Made by a program: the position numbers and the translations under genes. From positions 346,243 to 410,242 of the forward strand of contig CAVPXV010000006.1 of the NCBI GenBank assembly GCA_963709845.1: a stretch of 64,000 nt of DNA. Reading direction: 5' to 3'. Shown piece after piece: positions 57,748 to 64,000 of the stretch (position 1 is its first letter; every line of letters starts with the position of its first letter). This DNA comes from an uncultured Thermoleophilia bacterium (GTDB taxonomy: Bacteria > Actinomycetota > Thermoleophilia > UBA2241). The notes under the pieces are model-generated. The model made no database searches and was not told where the DNA came from. It worked only from the letters and a program-made list of their open reading frames with translations.

Positions 57748-58986
57748 TCAGGGCGCCGGCGACGATGAGGGAGCGGGGTTCGGCGACGGCGTGTCCGAGG
57801 GCGTCGGCGCCGGGCTTACGCTCGGCGTGGGGCTCGAGGAAGGCGTCGGTACCGGTGAAGGCGCAGCGCTCGCGGTGTCGGTCGGGTCAGGTGAGGGCGT
57901 ACTGGTGCTGCTCGGCGATCCACCGCTCTCTCCCACCACGAGCGGGGACGCGGAGGGCGACGCGGAGAGGCTGCTCGCCGCGACCGGAGTCGATGCGGCT
58001 GCGCCAGGTGAAGCGTGCGTCGGCGCTGCGGCGCTGCGGCCTTGCTGCGCGGCGACCCGGGCAGATGATGCGCGCGGTGAGGGGCGCGATGCCGTCGTCT
58101 TCGTCGTGGATGGGTGGCGCGCACCATGAGTCGAGTGCTCGACGCTGTAGATGCCGCCGGCGCTTCCCGCCACCACGGTGGCGCCGAGCGCCACGACGGC
58201 GGCCTTGGTGGACAGGGCCGCGGTGATCTTGGCCAAGGCGCCGGCGATGGCGCCGCCGCCGAGTCCGGCCGGGGCGGATGCGGCGGCGAGCAGTGCGGAG
58301 GCGTTGAGACACTCTGGAAGCGGCATGGCCTTCAAGGCCAGGGCTGGTAGGCCGACGGCCATGGCGAGGCCGCCCACACGCGGGGCGCCCTTCTGGGCGC
58401 GGCGCTCGCCGCCGCTACCGCTCGCCACCCGGCTGCCGGAGATCTCCACGAAGTGGCGCCGGAAGCTGGTGCGGGCACGCACGAGCGTCACCTCAGCCGA
58501 GGCGGTCTTCACGCCGAGCGCATAGGCGACCTCGTCGGTGTGCAGGCCGTGGATCTCGCGCAAGAGAAGTGCGGCGCGCTGCGCCGGCGGCACGCGGCGG
58601 AACGCCTCCTCGATCTGCCGCCGCAACTCGGCTTGCTCGCAGTGATCGATGGTCGCCGGCAGTGCGAGCTCGAGCTCAGGTTGCCAGGGGACCGCAGGCC
58701 TGCGCTTGCGTGCCCGCAGGTGGTCGTAGCAGGCGTTCACGGTCACGCGGTAGAGCCAGGCGCGCTGGTTCAGTTCGCCTGGTTTGCCGAGCCTCTCGAA
58801 GGCCTTGAGAAGGACGTCCTGAGAGACGTCCTGCGCGTCCTCGCGATTGCCGAGGAGGCGCAGGGCGAGGTTGTAGATGCCGGAGGCGTGCTCGCTGTGC
58901 AGTTCTGCGAAGGCGTCCCGGCGAGTGCTCGCCCCGCCTCTGACCCCCCGCCACACCACCCTGCGCCACGGTCGTTCGTCCGGCAT
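57748..58986 (-). CDS. ECF sigma factor with C-terminal TM and Ser/Pro/Thr-rich extension
   Basis: Region 2 DAQDVSQDV..AWLYRVTVNACYD, region 4 LREIHGLHTDEVAYALG; hydrophobic segment then SPSPTP tail. Confidence 0.88.
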   Translation of the reverse strand: MPDERPWRRVVWRGVRGGASTRRDAFAELHSEHASGIYNLALRLLGNREDAQDVSQDVLLKAFERLGKPGELNQRAWLYRVTVNACYDHLRARKRRPAVPWQPELELALPATIDHCEQAELRRQIEEAFRRVPPAQRAALLLREIHGLHTDEVAYALGVKTASAEVTLVRARTSFRRHFVEISGSRVASGSGGERRAQKGAPRVGGLAMAVGLPALALKAMPLPECLNASALLAAASAPAGLGGGAIAGALAKITAALSTKAAVVALGATVVAGSAGGIYSVEHSTHGARHPSTTKTTASRPSPRASSARVAAQQGRSAAAPTHASPGAAASTPVAASSLSASPSASPLVVGESGGSPSSTSTPSPDPTDTASAAPSPVPTPSSSPTPSVSPAPTPSDTPSPNPAPSSSPAP

Positions 58987-59080
58987 GCCCCCGCCTTCGC
59001 AACAGATCCATCAGAGAAACGCCCCGCCGGGCCAGACCCTAGCACGTCGCCCGACGGGTGTAAGCAGACACCTACTTCCA

Positions 59081-59110
59081 GCGGGCGGCGCCCCGTAAGG
59101 CGCCGCCCGC
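59081..59110 (-). terminator. GC-rich hairpin after the 59134-59862 gene
   Basis: GCGGGCGGCGCC / GGCGCCGCCCGC 12-bp stem. Confidence 0.6.
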
Positions 59111-59133
59111 GCTGCCTGGCTTGCGCGAAGGAT

Positions 59134-59862
59134 TCAGCCGCCCGGCGTGACCGCGAGCGTCGACGCCGGGACGGTGTGCACCGTGATCGTCTCGGCGATG
59201 AAGACCGGCGTCACCTGACTTCTGTCGATGGTGCCGGTCACCCATGCCTTCTCGCCGACGACCACCTGCGACAGAGTGATCGCAGTCGTCGTCACTCCGT
59301 CTTTGAGGAAGACTTGTGTCGAGGGCGTGACGACCACCTTGAGACCCGCGCCGAGCCTGGACCACAGAGCGCGCGACGCAGAGTTCACCGTAAGAGTGAG
59401 CGTGTTGGGTGTGCTCTGCGGGTCGACGGCCCTCACCGGTCCGCCACAGGCGAAGTGAGTGAGCTGGTTGGCGGGCGTGCGATCGATGACCCTGATGCTC
59501 TGCGCAATGAAGACTCGCGAGCCTGGCTGACCGCGATCGACCCGGCCGCTGACAGTCACCGGGTCGCCGGCGCGGATGTCGGACAGCTTGATCAGGCGAG
59601 CGATGCCGTCGGTGATCAGGAGGATGCGGGCATGGGTCCCGACGCGCACGGCGAGCGAGCCACCGATGAAGGGTCTGACGGCCTGGGAGCCGACGTCCAC
59701 GTGCATGCGCAGGGCCCCGGCAGAGCGAATGACGTTTTGAACCGACCCCGTGGCCGTGAACCCGGCAGCGGGCGCGGACCCGCGCGTCTGCTGCGCCACG
59801 GCCGGGACGACGATGGCCAGCACGACGACCAGCGCAAGTGCGATTACGACCAGCTTCTTCAT
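59134..59862 (-). CDS. Secreted protein with two tandem OB-like (DUF5666-like) domains
   Basis: MKKLVVIALALVVV signal; internal duplication LSDIRAGDPVTVSGRVDR...VFIA / LSQVVVGEKAWVTGTIDR...VFIA. Confidence 0.75.
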   Translation of the reverse strand: MKKLVVIALALVVVLAIVVPAVAQQTRGSAPAAGFTATGSVQNVIRSAGALRMHVDVGSQAVRPFIGGSLAVRVGTHARILLITDGIARLIKLSDIRAGDPVTVSGRVDRGQPGSRVFIAQSIRVIDRTPANQLTHFACGGPVRAVDPQSTPNTLTLTVNSASRALWSRLGAGLKVVVTPSTQVFLKDGVTTTAITLSQVVVGEKAWVTGTIDRSQVTPVFIAETITVHTVPASTLAVTPGG

Positions 59863-60289
59863 CTCAGCCTCCTGGATGACGGTTTGCGGACGAGGGACTC
59901 CTGACCGCTCACTGTCAAAGACGCTGCAGGAGGCGCGAAGCCTAGCTACGGCCTCGAGCACGATGCCCATGATCCGCCGCCACGGCCGCGAAGTCCACGC
60001 AGAGTGAACGACCGTCACAGGATGGGGTAGCACTTCACGTCCGGTCCGGAGGAGCCGGGTGAACGCGCACGCGGTGGGCTCTGGGCGTTCTGCTGTCTGG
60101 AAGCGCCTGACTGCCACCGGCCCGGGTGAACACGCGTCTTGGCGACGAACGTCGACACAGGTCAAGAAGACGTGCCCGGCCTACACGACTTCGCCCCATG
60201 CTGGCATTCTTGGTGCTGCGCCGACGGGAAGCCGCGCTACCTTATGCCCCCACTGCCGCAGGAAGCGGGCCAAGGAACGGGGCCGCTCG

Positions 60290-61426
60290 CTAGCGCAGCT
60301 TGCGCTCGATCAGCGGCCAGAAGCCGGCGGCCTCTTGGCTCATGACCCAGATGCTGATGCCGGCGATCTTGGGATGTCGCCTGCGCAGCTCCGCGAGCTT
60401 GGCGGCGAGAGCGGTCTGGTCCTGGAAGTAGACCGCGTGCGTGACGCCCGCGTCCGCAAAGCGCAGCGTCGCCTCCTGCGATGCGGGGTCGCGCCCGACG
60501 GCGACGTGGTAGGAGGCGGCGAGCATCGCCCCCCTGTGGGCAGAGACGGTGCTCACCGCTCCGCCATGCCAGTCGAAGCCGAAGAAGGGCAGGCCCATCG
60601 AGATCTTGCGCGCCGGCACCTGGCTTTCGGCAAAGGCGAGCACCCGATCCACCCACGCTAGCGGCGCCTGCGGTCCCGGACCGCTCCACGGGCCACTGTA
60701 GCTGTAGGTCATGATCTTGAACTCATCGACGGCCCTGCCGAGGCGAGCCCAGTCGGCGAAGATCTGGTTGTCCCACTGCCCCGGCTCGGAGGTCTTCGGA
60801 GAGACGGCGATCGAGAGGAAGCGCTGCTTGGCGTGCAGGGCCGCGGCAAGCGCCTCGACAAAGGATGAGAAGCGCGCGCGGTCGGCCGCCTTGAGCCCCT
60901 CCCAGTCGAGGTCGATGCCGTCGTAGCCCTTGTCCTCGACGAGCGCGACGAGGTTGTCGATGAGGCGGCGGCGCACTTCCGGCGAGGCCAGGATCGCCGC
61001 GGCGATGGGACGGCTGAAGGCGCCGCCCGCGTCCTTCGTGTTGGTCACCGTGGCGAAGATGTTGAGGTCGCGCTCACGAGCGGCCGCGACGAGGTCGAGG
61101 TTCTCGTTCACGGACGTGACGGCGCCGTCGGCCTGCGCGTGGTACCAGTCGAAGTCGACCTCATCGACCGCGTGGGCAACGGTCGCCGCCTCGAGCGAGG
61201 CGACGCTGCCCAGCGTCCAGGCACTCACCCGATACCGCCGCCCGCCGAGCGGCGTCCTCATGTAGCCGAGCGGCGGCTTGCCCGGTCGACCGAGGTGCGT
61301 GGCGAAGGGGCCGACGGTGAAGAGCAGGACGACCACCAGGGCGAGCCCACCGGCGAGGAGCAGCAACGCGAGCAGGCGCTGCCGCCGCAGGCGAGCTCTC
61401 CTGACCTCGCGGGGCGGGACGGTCAT
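60290..61426 (-). CDS. Membrane-anchored glycoside hydrolase family 18
   Basis: YDGIDLDWE catalytic motif, IMTYSY, PGPQAP, GISIW. Confidence 0.9.
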   Translation of the reverse strand: MTVPPREVRRARLRRQRLLALLLLAGGLALVVVLLFTVGPFATHLGRPGKPPLGYMRTPLGGRRYRVSAWTLGSVASLEAATVAHAVDEVDFDWYHAQADGAVTSVNENLDLVAAARERDLNIFATVTNTKDAGGAFSRPIAAAILASPEVRRRLIDNLVALVEDKGYDGIDLDWEGLKAADRARFSSFVEALAAALHAKQRFLSIAVSPKTSEPGQWDNQIFADWARLGRAVDEFKIMTYSYSGPWSGPGPQAPLAWVDRVLAFAESQVPARKISMGLPFFGFDWHGGAVSTVSAHRGAMLAASYHVAVGRDPASQEATLRFADAGVTHAVYFQDQTALAAKLAELRRRHPKIAGISIWVMSQEAAGFWPLIERKLR

Positions 61427-61804
61427 CGCAGGCGATCGCGGGAGGTGCCGGTCATCGCTAGCACTGTAGCAGGCAGAGACGAGAGGAGGGGCTTTCGGTC
61501 CGCGCGGACGGCCCCACGGTGGGCGAGACGACGTGGGCGTGACAAGCTAAGGAGACGTGTCGCATCAGTGGATGCTGCGCTACGCAGGCCATCTTCTTCA
61601 ACCGGTGCGGCGCCGACGCGTCTGCCAGAGGTGACAGCCGGCTTCGCGTTCCCGCCGCTCCTCCGTCGACCGCGCCGCCTATGATTACGGAACCGCAAGG
61701 CGCAGCATGCTGAGCCGCTCCACTTCTTCTCGGCTCGCGGCGCAGTGGCAGAGCACCGAGGCCGGGGGGTCGGTCGGCCAGATGTCGGAAGCGAACCGGA
61801 AGCG

Positions 61805-62509
61805 ATGAGCCCATCACGCAAGGATCGACAGAGCTCCAATCGACGCCAGCCTCCGCAGCCGCAGGTGCCGGTGCTGCCCCCGGGGCTCGCGCGCCTCGGC
61901 GTGGAGGCGCTGCGTGCCCAGCCGGAGCACGAGAGCGTCGAGCTGGTCGATCTCGACCTTGCCGCCGAGCACATCACGACGCTCTCGCTCGAGACAGCCC
62001 GCGTCAAAGACTGCCGCTTCGAGGGCGCGCAGCTGCGCCGCCTGCGCTGCCGACGAGTCGTCTTCGAGCAGTGCGACTTCGCCAACTCCACCTGGCTCGA
62101 CTGCGACCTCGGCGACGTCGCCTTCCTCGGCTGCCGCCTGACCGGCGCCAGCATCTCGGGTGGGCGACTCTCCGAGCTGGTCCTGCGCGACTGTCAGCTG
62201 CGCCTCGCGCGGCTCTCGCACCTCGGGCGTCCCCAGGGCCTCCTCGAGGGCTGCGACCTGGGCGGCGCGCTGCTCATGGAGAGTGACCTGACCGAACTGA
62301 CCTTCGCGGGCTGCGAGTTCAACGAGGCGGAGCTCTTCAACGTCGAGCTCGGGGGCTGCGACCTGCGCGGGAACGAGCTCGACGGTCTCAGAGGCGTCGG
62401 CTGCCTGCGCGGCGCCAAGATCGATACCCTGCAGCTGCTCAGCCTCAGCCCGGCCCTGGCGGCGCACATCGGCCTCGTGGTCGAGGAGGCGAGCGGAGAG
62501 GACGCTTGA
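61805..62509 (+). CDS. Pentapeptide repeat protein
   Basis: Repeating A/C-D/x-L/F-x-x units (CDFAN, CRLTG, CDLGG, SDLTE, CDLRG). Confidence 0.88.
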   Translation: MSPSRKDRQSSNRRQPPQPQVPVLPPGLARLGVEALRAQPEHESVELVDLDLAAEHITTLSLETARVKDCRFEGAQLRRLRCRRVVFEQCDFANSTWLDCDLGDVAFLGCRLTGASISGGRLSELVLRDCQLRLARLSHLGRPQGLLEGCDLGGALLMESDLTELTFAGCEFNEAELFNVELGGCDLRGNELDGLRGVGCLRGAKIDTLQLLSLSPALAAHIGLVVEEASGEDA

Positions 62510-62753
62510 GCAGGCGCCCGCCGCGGTGACTCGGATGGCCGGATCCCTTCGGCAGCTCAGGCCCGGCCGGACCGAGCGCCCGCGGCTGCCTGGGCTTGGT
62601 GATGGCGCGCATAGGTTCAGGCGACCTGTGCGCGCGCGCTATCGCGAAGAGGTCGTGCAGACTTGTGTCACTTCGGGGCTTGACACGTTCAACGATTGTC
62701 CGCCACTGGATAGGGCGCGAACGGCTCAGCGGCCAGGACGACGATCGGCGGGT

Positions 62754-63744
62754 CTAGCTACTCCCGTGATCGACGACGATCACCACGCTGCCGATCTTTC
62801 GCCCCGTCTCGACGTATCTGTAGGCCTCGACGATCTCGTCCAACGGATACCGGCGGTCGATGAGCGGCCGGAACGCGCCCGACTCCATGAGCTGGGCGAA
62901 CCGCTGGACCATCGCATGATCGATCTTGGGGAAGGGGAAGACGACCTTCTGTCGGTCGAGGAACCGCCCCGCGAGCGGCGTCACGAGCGGCAAGACGGCG
63001 TTCTGGAAGCAAGGGACCGCCGTCCGACGACACATAGATCCCACCGGGCTTGAGCAGGCGCCTACAGAGGCCGAACGAGCTCTTGCCGACGGCGTCAAAG
63101 ACGATGTCGTAGCGCCGGTCGTCCTCGGTGAAGTCCGCGACCGTGTAGTCGACGACCTTGTCGGCGCCCAGGCCCCGGACCAACTCCACGTGGGCCGTGT
63201 CGCAGACGGCGGTGACGCGGACCCCGAGGCTCTTCAGCAGCTGCACCGCCGCCGAGCCGATGGCTCCGGTAGCACCATTGACGAGCACGTCCTGCCCGCT
63301 TCGCACCTGCGCATGCAGCAGCGACGAGAGAGCGTAGTGCGCACCCTCGGTCGCGGGAGCGGCCTCCTCGTAGGAGAGGTCCGCGGGAATCGCCGCGAGC
63401 GACCCGCCCTCGGGGATCGTCAAGTACTGGGCATGAGCCCCGAAGGAGCCCTCGACGTAGCCGAAGACCCGCTCGCCGACCGCGAAAGAGGTCACGCTGC
63501 GTCCGGCTGCCTCGACCTCGCCCGCGAACTCGGTCCCGAGGATGGCCCTTCTTGTTGGTCTCAGGAGGCCTGTCCAGAAGCGCAGGATGAAGGGGCTGGC
63601 GCGACGGTAGCCGCAGTCGGTCCGGTTGACCGTCGTCGCGTGGATCTTGACCAGCAGCTCGTTGTCGCCGGGCGTCGGCTTCTCGACTTCTCTGACGCGA
63701 ACCACGTCCGGCGGACCATACCTGCTGAAGACCGCTGCTCTCAT
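62754..63744 (-). CDS. NAD(P)-dependent alcohol dehydrogenase / quinone reductase (MDR family), frameshift near 63020
   Basis: TVNRTD, LGTEFAGEV, VLVNGATGAIGSAAVQ; C-terminus IDRRYPLDEIVEAYRYVETGRKIGSVVI in the adjacent frame. Confidence 0.88.
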
Positions 63745-63909
63745 CGAGTGCCTCTCGGTTCGGACTACTCGTCTTGCCGTCTGATTCCCCTGTCCGCCCG
63801 ACGCACCGCGCACAACCTGCGCGGGCAACGCCTGGGCTCTCCTGCAGACCTACGGCGCGTCAGGTTGATGCGCTTGTTCGGTCCCCGGACTCTTCTGGCG
63901 GTCGCCGCG

Positions 63910-64000
63910 TCATAACCACGCACCGAGAGCGATCAGAGCGGCCGACAGCGCGAAGATGAAGGGGCAGAGCCGGAAGGGCAGGAACCTGACCCAGAACCCG
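63910..64000 (-). CDS. C-terminal end of a membrane protein, truncated by window edge
   Basis: Minus-strand frame GFWVRFLPFRLCPFIFALSAALIALGAWL-stop. Confidence 0.5.
   Translation of the reverse strand, partial: GFWVRFLPFRLCPFIFALSAALIALGAWL

Noticed and set aside
59880-60280. Long intergenic stretch as possible ncRNA (also 43830-44140, 61430-61800)
   Set aside because: No recognisable RNA family motif or convincing extended structure by eye

Overview
High-GC (roughly 70% by eye) bacterial DNA, most consistent with an Actinomycetota genome, possibly Thermoleophilia. That assignment is inferred from gene content, not from a marker gene. Multiheme cytochrome c, Fe-S proteins and a clostridial-type thioredoxin reductase suggest an anaerobic or facultative lifestyle. 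The window is a mosaic accessory region of about 65 short or single-gene units. Many genes carry single-base frameshifts, very densely at 50-55 kb, which look like long-read consensus errors. Mobile-element signals are an intact IS481-family element with an 8-bp target duplication (45117-46228), the 3' half of a tRNA-Cys that looks like an att site (23641-23686) and a tyrosine-integrase C-terminal remnant (about 48.55 kb). There is no CRISPR array, rRNA or intact tRNA. The best candidates for undescribed systems are: (1) a tightly coupled four-gene operon of 2[4Fe-4S] ferredoxin, NAD(P)H flavoprotein, His-rich membrane protein and nine-heme cytochrome c (20.4-23.5 kb), a possible trans-membrane electron conduit; (2) a ThiF adenylyltransferase and a FeeM/LuxI-like N-acyltransferase converging on a membrane PAS-GGDEF-EAL sensor, with sigma28-like -10 boxes (50.3-54.8 kb); (3) an NMT1/THI5-type binding lipoprotein inside a two-component operon with no transporter (25.4-29.3 kb). 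All protein family calls come from recognising motifs by eye; no database searches were run.
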